From assembly GCA_965644265.1 (NCBI GenBank), contig OZ286466.1, positions 29,574,001 to 29,638,000 of the forward strand: a stretch of 64,000 bases of DNA. Direction: 5' to 3'. The notes beneath the pieces are model-generated. The model did not search any database and was not told the DNA's origin. It saw only the letters and a list, made by a program, of their open reading frames with translations. Below are positions 24,268-38,457 of the stretch, in pieces; the stretch's first letter is position 1, and each line of letters opens with the position of its first letter. Source of the DNA: Glycera tridactyla (Eukaryota). Made by a program: the position numbers and the translations under genes.

Positions 24268-25797
24268 CTGCGAAACGGCGGAGAGAGGCAAAGGGTCAGT
24301 CAACAACAAGTGCACACTGCTGCGATGCAAAGCCAGACTGCGAACGGAAACCGACCCGAAACGCAGCTGGATTTGCGCCAGCAGCACAGAAAAATCAACA
24401 ATTAAAAGTAAAATAAACAACCAGCAAGCCAACCGGCGAAATGGGCAAGTCGCGCTATGCTGTCACCATAATCAAGGCAATCATCGATGTCATTGTCAAA
24501 TCAAATTTGAGTTTAGCTCTCTTGCAACAAGTCACCTGACAGCCATGGGAAAGGCACAAGTTGCTGACTATGGGTATAAGTGGCCAAATCTAAACTGCAG
24601 CACACACACATACCTATAATACCCCTCCCTTTTCCAAAAAATGTACAAGGCTTGTACAACACATGTTCTAGGCATGAATTCCTCTAATAACTCGAGGGGT
24701 TCATCCTCAGCGATGTCCATAAGATGAAGCAAGCTTTTTAGAAATATGACTAGATTCTTCAATGAAATAACCTTACTGGATTTCCAGCCAGACTACCGCA
24801 ACTTCTTAATTTATTAAGTTGAAAATTTCCGAAGTCATTGCAAAATCTTGGTAGCCAGTCAATACATTGTCAATTACAACCTCTCAAAATTTTAGGAGTG
24901 GCTGGCTCCTAACTTCTAGGATATGGTAGCCATTTGCTACCCACAGGTAGCATCATAGAGCTCTATGCAGTCTCCTCTATGTGCCACAAATCATTTTTCA
25001 AAGAACGTTGGTGCCAGTGAGATGGGGTGGAATTCTCGGAAATATTGCACATGGAAATAATCCCATATACCAACAGATTCATATTTTTGAAAGATTCTGA
25101 AACGACATCATGAAATTTGGATCACATTTCATTAGGTTTGCTTCATGGCTGTATCACATTCAATTTTATTCCAGGAATCTTTTTTGAAATGATCGCATTT
25201 GAGAGCTTTTGCGTTCTGGTGACAGGATGGTGTGACTTGTCCATCACAAACTAGTGCTACACATAATGAATGGCAAACGATATTCACGCTGTTATATGAT
25301 TATGTTTCACTAATATATTTTGTGGCTACAACAACCTCCTGGTGAGTATACAGTGCAGCATTGAAACAACAACAGATATAGCATCAACAATGAACATGTG
25401 GCAAAAATGGATTTCACAATAGTATTTTCCTTTGACAGTCATGCCTTGTCTACTGCTGAAAGAAGCATTGGCAACCATCAAAATGGAGAGAATATTTTTG
25501 GATCTGTATCAAGTGAACCTCACTTCATGATCACAATGAATGAAATGGTAATGAAAGAATATCACAGAAAAGGCACTGCATATGGTTCCTCATAAAACTG
25601 AAGCGATTGTAATCGCCCAGAGCAATAAATGTATAACAATGAGCGTCAGTTCGTATACTCTACCTTCTATATTGTCCAGTCTACAGTTAACCCGGCAACA
25701 CATTTTCCATGAAAATGTGCACCATCCAAAATGAGACAAAACCCAGCAATTTCATTCAGGGATCTGTTTGACTGGACTTTGAGGGCAGGATTGAACA

Positions 25798-26218
25798 ATC
25801 TCTATGGTTGCCGCAAGTCACTATGGACAAGTTCCCATAGTAACGCCAAGTGGCTAGTTTGATGAGGTTACCGTTGGTAAGCATAGTCATGGACAGCATG
25901 TGCTGCTAGACTGACAACATCCACAGCTCTGTGAGAACATGATCACTACTAGTAGATATGTACAGATTTTAACAAGATTTGAGAGGGTCAGATATTTCAA
26001 CAGTAGTTGGTTCTTGTGCTATTCTTTCAATTACATAATGCAAAATTTCCACAATGCTGTCAATGTGTTCTCTCCAGGAGGTTGTTGTCACTGAATGTGA
26101 AACACTAGCAACAAACAATATGTGGCTAGACATGGACCATCACCATATTATTACAAATGGAAAGGCAAATTTCAGTGTTCCCTCGAATTTATGATGCAAT
26201 CCTTGTTGCAATGGCGAC
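25798..26218. promoter_or_regulatory. Intronic RFX X-box cluster
   Basis: GTCACTATGGACAA 25817 abutting GTTCCCATAGTAAC 25831; GTTACCGTTGGTAAG 25867; GTTGCAATGGCGAC 26205. Confidence 0.45.
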
Positions 26219-27538
26219 ACCGTCAGTGGTGCATCCCAAATTCAAGATGACCACACCCGAGAGGATGGAATTTGCAGTGTTCATTTGCTATTTCAGATCA
26301 CTTCAGTATGCTGAAGTAGCAAATGGAAATGACAGACTCCAACCTCGGCTGCCCCCATATCTTTCCACTCAATTGGATATTTGATTGGATCAGCCCCCCG
26401 CCCCCCTGAAGACCCATCAACAACAAGATGACATGAAATCAACAACAAAATGACATGAAATCAATTTTATGTACAGCTTGTCTGGTCAAATACATAGCAT
26501 TCAATCATTTGCTCGACTAACGAACAAGCAATACTCCTTCAAGCAATAGGACGATGAATAGATTTTACAGAATTACCACAAATACGGACAATTTATACTA
26601 GGATAATTGATGCTGCACTAATGGAAGAGGTGTACATTAATGGTTCAGATGAGAAAGAGAGAGAGCAACAAGCCAAGCTTAATACCTGGGTTATCGTTAT
26701 TGTGATTATTATCATTATTAAGTGATATTAATAAATGAGGGACTTAACTTCTACACATATATATGTGAACATAAGATAGTCAGTAGTAATGATATCAATA
26801 ATAATAATAGAAATAATAATGAATAATAATCAGACAGATCACAATATCTAAGGTGTCTTTACAGTGATCAGCGTCTTTGTCTTTTACAGAAAAAAAATAT
26901 ATATTGGCGACTATGACATAGAAAATGAGGAGAATAATGTGTGTTTTAATGCTACTTCATGCTTAATACATAATAGAGAGTGCTACTTAAGACAGACAAT
27001 CTAAACACAGACTAAAACTTCCCTAACCCTCTGCCGAATCAAAATTCTGCAGACTTTTAAATCTCAAGATCAGTCTAAGATTTACAAGGGGGTTCTAGCA
27101 CACAAAGATCAAAAGCAGCTAACATTTGACAATTTGCAATTTTCCTTTTCTTGAGATTCTTCAATTTTGCTGAGCAGAGGGATATTCAATTCTGACAAAC
27201 AACTGAAGCAAAAAGCAAGGATTGAAATTAAGCTGCTTACAGAAAGAAAACACTCTTGAATCGAACAGTGAGATGCTGCCAATATTTCTCCTATATTTTT
27301 TCATTTCTTACCCCTATCTCTGCATTTAGTATCTTACTTTCAATCCTTCAAATGAATGGAAGCCACACAGGTGAAGAATGAGTGAAAAAGACTGCATATT
27401 CTCCATATCTGCATTTATTCTGATTGCGATCTATCATAAAAAAATGTTCTACATGGGCATGATGGGGGTGGAAGGTACAACATTTGACTTGGCTGGAAGG
27501 AAACAATTGCAAGCCCAGATGGTGGACAATGGCCACCT

Positions 27539-27558
27539 GAGAGAGAGAGAGAGAGAGA
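27539..27558. repeat. (GA)n microsatellite
   Basis: Direct reading. Confidence 0.95.
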
Positions 27559-30500
27559 TAGACGGAGCTCTTAGCAGTAAATATCCAAAGTATCAAGCAG
27601 TAAACACTCTGAGGAGTGTGACTACGCCCATTAGTTTCAGAGATAGAAGAAGAGAATGCTCCAATCAATATTTCTGAACTGATCCTGTAGTAGGCATCGA
27701 ATATCTAGTGAATATATGTATATTTTTTTTTAATATCTAGTGAATTAATATTTTAATACCAATAAAAAGTGAAACAGTGCCAGAATAAGAAAATCAAAGA
27801 CAATATAATGAGTTTGAATCAACTACTAGCTCACATCATGAGAACATATGTATGCCAGTCATCAAATTCTTGTCCAACTTCCTGGATGATTTCTTTCTTA
27901 GCACACAAAAATGAATAAAATGATGAATTTTCCTGAGGATTGAAGGTTGCCTTCAAAACCAGAGTATGTGAACTGATCAGAATTGCTTCTCTGAAGCAAA
28001 AAGCTGTTCACTGACTGACTTCATTTTTCAACAGCATCGTAGCAGTTCATGCTTGTTTCTTTTGCCACTCATGATGATCATGGTGGAATGCAAGCGATCA
28101 GGGGATGATTTTGTTATGCCCTTGCTAATTGAATCGAACCTTTGCTGCTATCAGTTCTCGAGGCCAGTCCAGCAATATCAATTCCGGAGCGAGATACCGT
28201 CATTCACAGATGAATTCCAGAATATTGACATCAGGCTTCAGAGAAGAGACATGCTAGTTATAGATAAGAATACAAAGCGAAAATCCAGTGTTGAGCAGAA
28301 GTAACGCGCATGTGTGTGCTTGCGTGCACGTGTCTGCGATTGCCATGCTCCAACCAAGTTAGGATGAGGTACTCAGGTGGGAATATAGTAGCATGGCATG
28401 AGGTTTAAAAAAGATGATGATGATGAGAGAAAGAGATGGATAGAAAGAGTGAGAGTGAGAGCGGGAGATGGGTATATATATAATATATAAATAAATAAAT
28501 GTGAGTTAGCTAGAACCCCACTTTTCCTGACCATAAAAAAGGATGAGATTTAATACGAATATATTTTATGTATATGCAAAGGGGTAATGATATTCGGAGA
28601 TTTTTACTAGCCGCTCAAAATAGCCGCCGGATGCCAACCTTTGTGGTGGTGATGTCGACGCGTCTTATTTTGCTTAGCCAGTCCCCACAGAGCTTCTCAT
28701 ATATAGTATCAGAGTTTGTTTTCCGCTTCAATAGTTCTCTCGGGGTCTGAAGGGTAGAAATCAAACAGAATGCATGTTGATTCGGCAGGGGGTTATAAAT
28801 GATTCACGTTAATCAAGAAAGAGAAGAAAAAGAGTTATGTTCAGCACACTCGGTAGTTACATGGTCCGAGGCGCACGCAAAGTATCAACCCCTGTGTTTT
28901 TTTCCTGTGAGCCATAAATGGCGCGCTGGCAGCGGCAACACTTCTTTCTATCAATAACCACCATATCATCCCAAAATCGAATTCACAATCAAATCATTAC
29001 TTTGATGATCCACCAAACTTTGGAATTTCGTTCTTATCCTGTTCAATTCTGGACTTTCTTGGGTGCTCCAACTTTGAAAACTATACCGCTTTAAGAGAAA
29101 ATATCTCAAAAGGATGGAACAGTTTTGAAAATACAAGCACTTCAATGGAGAAGAATGATGTCTGAAAGGCTATGAAATACTGATATATCGATGCTCTTCA
29201 TTTGGGCTGATATGGTGGCAAAATTGGGAGAATTTAGTTGGAGGGTCCACTGCTAATAGAAGATATCAGTGAGTGCTTAACACTGGTCGGGTTTCCCCCC
29301 ATAAGCAGCTCATGTGGGAACACCTCACAGAACCTAACCTTACACTACAATTAGGGATGGACCTAACGATTACATCCCATGACCACCTTCCTTGAAAAGG
29401 CGATGAAAGTGTGCTTCATCCACACAACGATTCCAAGCAACGCCAAAGGCTTCCGAATCATCTTCTCCCCGTTTCAGTTGTGGGGGGTGTGTTCACAAGA
29501 TGTGCAAAAGCACGTGGGAATGAAAAGTGTGGGTCATGATTGTTAGCTGGATGAAAGGAAAAGTAAAACACACAACACAAAGTATACACGTTTGTGTACT
29601 GTGCTCGCAATAATGAAATGGGTATGTGTGTTATTTCTCCATGCAGATATGTACAGCTGCGTCCCCATAACCGGTGTACGAACTGCTGAAACATTTCGGC
29701 AGGCAGACTTTGAGAGGTAAAATGGACCTTCAGACAGAGAGCGGTGTTTGATCCACCGTCAAAGTCACATGCAAAGTGGATAGTTTGTCATGCATGATCG
29801 ATTTGAAAACATGCCCACCACCAGCGATCACCCAAAGAGGCTGTGCTAAACAAGCCGTGAATACATCAAAAATGATTCCTCCCATAGGCTGTCGTCCCAC
29901 ACCCCCACAATCAAGTGAGCAATTGGATGATTCAAAAGTGTGGGAATAAAAATAACCCGAATGGAAAAAAATCACCTCAGGTGAATTCAACACACAAAAA
30001 TAACTATTTTGAGGAGCTTAATTCAGTGAATATAATCAAAACGTGGACAGAGGACTATTACAGAGTGTAACATAATGTAAACTACAGTAGATATCAAATC
30101 AGACTGTATATATATACGGTATATATATATTTCTAAACTGAAATGCTGTACTTCTAGAGAGGGAAGGTTGGCTACATCGAGCGCATTGATTTCATTAGTC
30201 GGCCCACAGGGAAGGAACACAGCAGTTCAAAATATACAGTACATATAGAAACATTTCGCATTCCAGTGTTCAACCACATTGTATTTCGTATTAATCCTTG
30301 CATGCTCACATAATTGGCCCCGTTTTCTGAGTGTTGCAATGAGCAATATAGACTGTCCAAATTCTTCCGATTTTTTTAAAAATTTTGTGAATATACCAGA
30401 GCTCATGCAGCACTCAAGGTGCTGGCTTGTTCAAGGATAGGCAACAGCAATCTACCCAAAGATGAAAACTAGATTGAAATTATAAATGAAGAATACATAA

Positions 30501-33055
30501 CAAGTAGCTTAATTATGCAGGAAGATTCCATACTCATTCATCATTTTAGGCTACCAGAGCAGCCCAAAATAATCAACAAACATAGTACATTCACACCTCG
30601 CCCTCTGCTTTGCTACATATTTCTAGTGTGAATTCACATGTACAACAGGATCTTCTATTTTGTTGTAAAATCCATCAACAGTTATTGAACCAATGAAAAT
30701 AGATCACTGTCCTTTGGTGATGAAATTATTCTGGACATGAGCATGAAAGAATTAAGCCGAGCAGGTTTTAAAAATGAAAAAACATTCAAGCCCCATTTCA
30801 CCAATCTAAGCTTATGTTCACGAAATTGGCATTCAACAAGCACCATGTGTACTGGGAACAAGTGCAGAGATCGTTAATTGCAGCAATTAAAGATCCAACC
30901 TGAAGCTGGACAATCTAACTCCACAAAAGCAACCCATGCAGTTGAAAAATGATGAACTGGATGGAATAACTCAATACCAATAGAGTGCATTGGATGTGAA
31001 GATCGTTTTTTTTTTTTTGTTGTTGTAATTTTCGGGCTTAGATTGGTGAGAGTAGTAAGCACCAAATGTGCGCGCTGGCCTTAGGCACCTGCATCTGCGT
31101 CGAACACTGCATTTAAGAGTGGCCACATTGTATTCGCTACATACTCCAAGGTTTATTTATACCAACCACACCACAACCCTAACTCCAGTTCTCATGCACC
31201 ACTTACTATAACTATGGCCTTGTGGCCAAAAAATAATAATAATCCTGCACAATTCACAATACTAAAGTCAAGAAAATGCCATAATCCGGCGACTAAAAAT
31301 TTGTAGCAATGATTTTGCATCGCAGTTTCGAAGTATTCACCTATAATTCTCAGAACATCAGCCAAATTCAAAATTCAACAGCTGATCTCAATATGAATGT
31401 GGGAATTCCTGAAGACCAAAGACAATATTGTCAGCAACCATCACTAGTCTGCCTCACCAAAACCAGATATACAACATGGTGATGTACAGCTTGTACCAAT
31501 AAGTGACTAAATGAAGCAAGTCAGTGGTGAGGGACGAAAGCAAAAAAAAAAAACATTCGCCAGATTAATGTCAGTTATGGCATTGTTATTGCTGGTTGAA
31601 AGCCTATAAGCTTTTTATTTGAAGTTACCCGAATGTTAAAATGATTCAATGACACCATCTTAAAATGTTCATCCATATCATTACAGTCATTCTCCAATTG
31701 AATTGCAGGAAAATTTTCGACAACAAAAATCCTGATTCTGAACATTATGCAAGCACGAGAAAACTGGAGTTGGGGAGTGTGAATGTGGTGGGAATAACCC
31801 AAAATAAAAAAGCATGGAATGATCTAGAATTTGTCGACACAAGCCTGATGATATAATGATAATCAGCTAGAGGACTACTACAACATGACGCGTTAACAAG
31901 TTCTTCACAAAGCTGGCTAAACACACTGGCTTCATTTCTCAAATGTCGGAATAGAGAGAGATAAGAGAGACGTGCAAGATGATCATTCTTTGCAGTTCGT
32001 CCAACTGGATGCAAGGGGGACACTTTGGAAATAAAATGAGATGGGGTAGGGACACTTTTTGTGTGAAATAAAGCTGGTTATGAGAGAAAAAACATGATTG
32101 TGTGTTCGTGCTCAAAACCCAACCATGATCAACCAGTATCAGATAAACTTACTTCTAGTTTATGCATACATTGAAATTCTAGCAATCTGTACTGTCTATT
32201 CAACGGGAGTTGCGACCTGGGAGGAGGGGCTTCCCATCCGCCTAACACAGGGTAGCTGTCAAATGAGGTCTCAACTCCCGTTGAACAGACAGTAGATAAA
32301 TCATCTTCCTTATAATATCATCTTGATAGCATCCTGCCTTTCAAATGCAGAACATACCTCAGGATCATGCTCCATGTTTAAATTGACAAAATTAAAAGCA
32401 TGACTTCTTAACCTATTAAGATGTTTTTGATGCCAATTGATGAATCAATGGCTGGCAGGGTAGCTTTGACTGGTCTCCATCTGTGCAATTCATGGCTCTC
32501 GTCAGTTACGGTGTACTGAATATGTTCAAATTTTCAACAACAAAAACCAGATCCTATACATGAGGATGATTCCAAGACACTTTTTGTAAAGCACATTTTC
32601 TGACTAATGCTGCAGTGAACTTTAAGCTAAGGATGACCTGTCTAATTCTGACCTGCAGTAAGTTACTCAGGATACGTCATGTCAATGGATGACATAACCA
32701 GCCCCCCTCAGATCATATGAGTAATCTGATCCTCTTCCGTCTATATCCAGACTCACATAGACTTCAAACCTGAACTCGATATCAAACAAACTGATCTAAC
32801 AGAGGAAGCTTTGAAGAGAACCAAACTCAAGTGTAAGCATAAAACCCTCATTAAATAATTAATCATAGACTATGATATGGTCGACCATAATTTCATGAAC
32901 TGAGATTCGATCATGGCGGAGTCAAGGGCAGGTAATCACACAAATCATGATCAGTGAACAGGGGCACAGAATTCACAAGTGTTATGCATAGATTTCACGT
33001 GTGCGCTATATAAACTGGTGACTATTACACACGCAAAAAAACACCACCATCTTTA

Positions 33056-33076
33056 ATATATATATATATATATATA
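33056..33076. repeat. (TA)n microsatellite
   Basis: Direct reading. Confidence 0.95.
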
Positions 33077-36000
33077 GCAGTTTCAGACCAGAGGGTGCTA
33101 TGTGTAAATTAAAATCAACAGTCGTAATCAGGCAAGACTTAATAAAAATGAATCCGTCGGTCATATCACATTATATAAATCAGCTTTCGAAATAAAATGC
33201 ATGCGGTCAGTTGCGGCTTTCCAAAGATGACACACTCGACTTCAGGTGAAATTCAACGCCAGATTGATACCTCAAATCAGTTTCCAGTATACAAAAATTC
33301 CCAAAATTCCAGCAATGTTACAATGACTGCCTAAACGTCATGGTGACATTGCAGTAACATGAGTACTGCTTGTGCCCCGGGGTGATAAAAAGCAGTCGAA
33401 AGTTTCAGAATTTGAACACGCACTGAATTTGGAATACACTGTCAAGGTGGGAATTTTTTCCATGGACAGATCGGATGCGAGGAAATGAGAATTAAATGAG
33501 CGGCTGATTGCTGTTTAAACAAACGAGTGTCATCTGTGGAAGAGATCCGTCCTGGAGGGTTAATCAATAACCTAGGTGAACAAGAAGAGAGATAGAGTTA
33601 CCCAACATGTCAGAAAGAATGCATAACAATAACAACAGCCAGCTTGTTTCTCACATTCCCCACTAATCGCCCATCCAACCACTATCAGGCGGCATGCTTT
33701 GATTTGATTTATTTCATACATGGAAGAACCCTCTAACCACGTCGTGATTGATGCAAAATCTGATGATCTCGTTTGAGCCATCTACATGACCAAACAGCTG
33801 AATTGAGGCATATTTTTGCCACTTATAATGAATTTCCTGGGCAACGAAATCAGCAGCAACCAAGGTTTTCACCAAATCTACAAGCAATTTACCATTCTCG
33901 CTACTGCAGACTGATTTCTGCATTGTACCAGTTCGGCTTACAAATATAATAGTGAGAAATATTTTTTTAATAAATACAAGATATACACTTGAAACAAATT
34001 CCTATTTTTCTAAATGCGAGATATACACTTGAAGAAACAAATCTGATAATGCAATTAGTGTTCTTGAGATGTTCAATAAGATCTAGAATATAGCGACAAC
34101 CAATGAGGCGGATGTACGTCTACAATCCCGCACTAGTAGGATATCACCTCATCACCAATGTTACCGACAATACATTATTTAGGACTAATCCCTGTCAACT
34201 ACGACCACGACGATGTCACCACAACACAGATTTGCTAGTACACATAGCATCAGAACTAGTATGTAGTGATCCCAATAAGTTGAAGGAAATATGGCTATAT
34301 CTCCCAAAAATATGTCTAGATAATCTCTTGATATTCTGTCCTGAAATTTTCTGCCAGATTACAGCAACTTATCAATTTCAATTTTACGTAAAATTATTTC
34401 AATGTTCTGGTAATTTTTGCAATAATAGCATCACTGGTTGGAGATGCAAATTGTTAATGGAATCCAAGATGAGCAAGTGTTGTAAATGCCTCCATATATG
34501 GTCACTCAAAACCAAGTGCTAGCTCGTCTCATGTATATTCATGAAGGAATGATTGAAAAGTGCTCTGTAAATACTCCATTAATCCACAATTGAGTCGAGA
34601 GAATTTCATAACTGATCTGATTCAACAAGTCCTTAATAACAAGAAATGGCTATAAGGTCACATTGTCGGTCATATTTCAATTCTACTATGCTGTTCATGG
34701 GCAAGGCTGTGCACCACCAGTCCAGTCCCATCACGAGGGGGAAGTGGGGCTATAATGACACCATCATGGTCGCAGATGACAAGGCTCTCTATGGTACGGA
34801 CTGCTGCCACAAGATGGCATTCTAAAATGACTAATTAACTATATTATCAAATACTCACTGCCACAGAGCCGAGACTCCGACTGTTATAACCGTTTTCAAA
34901 CTGTTAGGGAGGAGGCAGTATGGTATAAGAGCAAGTCAGTACCAGCAAAAATACACAGTGACATTGGAATAATTTTCAACACATCACAAATGAATGCATA
35001 ATAAGTTTGGAGTTATCAAACCATCAACAAGGGAATAATCGGAATGGCTTGATTATTTAATCCATTTGAGATCACTACTCATATTTGATCAAAATGGAGA
35101 ATCAATTCTAGATGTAGCCCTATTTATCCATTTCGGAAATAACATGCATATTGCTAGCATAAGGTATATATACATATTTTTTTCAACTATATCTATTTGT
35201 TTTTGTATAGAAATGAATGAACATTATGTGATGCAGGGAATTTCCTGGGATTTAAAAATCATGTTTTTTGGCAGGGTCACAAATACCAAATGAAGGAAAT
35301 GGTTACAACCTTGGCTGCTACATCTAAGCCCTTTTTTGATAACATTATCTCAACCAGCTTATGCCGTTGCCTGCAAAAGTCCACTGAATATCCCACACAC
35401 AATTTTGGCAGAATTTCATCGAAGTTGAAAGGTTCATGCTTAAGAATTTGCTGAACATCAAATGTTGCAATTTCAGTAGAAAAAAAATCCAAAGTGGGAA
35501 AAAATCACACAAATATGCAGCATTTTTAATAGGAATGACAGTTACATAAGCATTTCTAGTCATCCAAGCATTATACAAGCTGCAGCATTCTTTCATTGAT
35601 CAATCAATGGCAATTCACTGATTTCAAAGACCGGACACACAATTTTGCCTCGAACAATACTTCTAAAGCTGGATGTAATTGTTTTTCACTACATCATATG
35701 ATGTCCAAACTTTAAATAAACAAAACCAGCAATGAAGATGGACCAAATATAGGGCCGATACTTCCGGGGCCCAATCTGCAAGAACACAAGCTAGGCTGGA
35801 TAATTCAAATCAATCAGTACATATTCAACAGTGAGCGCCATCTAATGGAAACCACTTTGTTGTCATGGCAACCAATACAGCAGCAAGATCCAAGCACCTA
35901 CAAGTGGATACATTTCACTTCAGTCACTTCCATGCACAAAAAAAGGAATGTGGTTCAAACAAGTGAGCGATATCTTCGGGGAATACAGATGAAGCATTCC

Positions 36001-38457
36001 TGAACCTAAATTTTGAGAGGTATATGATCTTTTAAAAGATTATATTGAGACCATTATGCATGTTGGATGAAAGTGCGGAAGTTGTGCATGGTTCATGCTG
36101 GTGTCACTGCAATACAGAATCATATTGGTTATGCTGCAACACATTACAACAGGGCGGGGAGACAGGCTAGAATCATACCACAGATGTGCCGTTTTTAGGT
36201 GGAAGCTAAGGGTGAGGTAGAAAATGTGTCACACTGTGGCATGTCATACACCGGGTAGGAGTACCCTGTGATATGCGAGTAATGAAGCACACCTGTGGGA
36301 TATACGCTTAATACCGGACAGGATGAGTGCAGGGTTCCCTGATTGCAGATTGGCCAGTTGCGAGAATGAAGTAGGCAGGTTGGGAATAAATTGAGCTGGT
36401 TGAGAAAGAAAATCACCACTTCCTACAGAGGTTCCGAAAGTGGCATTTTTTGTGAGGATTCAAATTTTGCATGACCAGTAATGTTCAGACAATCGCCTCC
36501 ACCGTCATATTGAAGATTGATTATCATTCAAATTTGAAATGATCAGCACCCGTAATGTTTAATCATTGCAGCATTTTGTTGTGAAATTAACTTGATCATA
36601 TCTTTTCTTTCCAGAACTAGTAGGAATAGAATAATGACAGCCCACTTGATGACCGGGAATTTTCAGGTCATCAATGGAGCTGCATCCAGGTTTTTTCACA
36701 TGCAGAGGCCAATTTCCCTCTCATTATGATTAACGTCAGGCCAAAAAGGGCAATATAATATCAAGTGTTTTTAAAAAAAAAAATGTGTGACTGCTGGCCC
36801 TTGCATTTGGCTGAATGGTGCCAGGATTGACACTTGTGTGTCAACTGGCCCATCCTGCCCTCTCCTTTGGGTCAGTCCTATTTTGGAAACCCGTTACTAT
36901 ACGCATCCTGTCACGGCATATCTTGCACCAACAGGGATGGTATTTTATGAGAGTGATGAAGCCAGAAGGAAGGCCGTGTGGGTAACGGGCATTCTAACAT
37001 AACTACTCGAATCATCACCATTGTTTGTGCACACCCTGCTCCACAAATTACAATTATTGGATCCTTCAGATTTCAGCCTGAGCAACATTTGTAATGGCCT
37101 CTGTATTGAACTTTGAGCAATTACTTGTCAGAATGGCATCCAGAAATCTCTTCTACCATCTAATATCTAGCCAGCATGCTTTGAGATACTGGCCAACTGT
37201 ATAATTACAGGTACATATCAATGTTAATTTTTTTCTCGGGGGAAGTATACATAGTATTTTGCCAAAATATTGGTGATATGATCAGCCATGCCACCAGAAT
37301 TTCAACTTGGCAGTAACCCGGTTTCCACAAGCAGGTCAACCAAATACCAGGCATAATCGCGAATTCATCGGGGTGCCAAGTGATGCGTTAGGCAGGTGTA
37401 CACAAATAATGGTTGGAACTACTGGTGGGGGTCTGCCGGCGACGGTGATACTGATTAGATTGCTACCAACAAGAATATCAAGCATTTGAGCGAGGTTAGG
37501 ACAAAGATGCCAAGTGGGATGCAAGTCGATGATGTGATTCTTGATTTTGGACCTTTCACACAAGGTTCAGTTTTCAAAGATATTCAATTCAACCAGATAA
37601 AATATCTTCTGAATGGTATATTACAAGCTTAATTTCTGATCTGTTGCTGTGAATGTATGTTAATATTATGGATGACTTAATCTTGGGTTTCTTTCTTCAC
37701 TATCACAACACAAAATGGACCGTTTATCAGTATTCAGAAGCCTATTCCTGGCATGAAAGTATCCTGTTAACACAGGGCGGGACTATTCCTAGAATTTGCG
37801 TTATTTTCCCCTTTTATGATAATATATGCACAACAACCATTAGGATTACGGAACCAAATTGTGTGAAGATCCGCCAACGGCAATCACATGAGATGCAAGC
37901 TATCATGCCTCATTCTGGGTATTGCGGGGGAGAACCATGCCAAATGGACCTGTGATGTCAAGGTCAATTCACAGAACAACTTTCATTGCTATGCATCCAT
38001 CACACAAATCCCGGGTAACCAAAATAGCTTGCTCCCGTTGTTCAGTCAACAGTTGGTCAAAAGCTGAAAGTTTGTCTAATTGATCCAAGAGGATAATGGA
38101 CAGACTGATGTGGGTGGTTTTGTCTGCAGACAGGCCTGCACTGTGGGCACATCTGCAGAAGTGTGTGGGGGAAATCGACTAAAAAGCGCAGCATGGTCAT
38201 CACAATCTACAGGATGAAGGTCAGACAGCAGATGGCAATGAATCGAGGAACGTCAGCTTCGGCTGTAAATCCAGTTGGGACGACCGCTGAGATGTTGCGG
38301 TCGTCCCACTAGAAAAACAACAAAGCATCTTGGGACAGACTTGTGATGACTGAACAAGAGTAACATGGCGATAAAGTAGGGAGTCAGACAGCAGTGGCTA
38401 AATATACGTTGTGGTCTCGGTGGTGGGAGGTGAATGAGATGTAAAGGGGAAACATAC

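Noticed and set aside
37336-37462. CpG-rich patch with possible acceptors at 37462 and 37450
   Set aside because: Weak pyrimidine tract and short uninformative peptides; below the other candidate exons.
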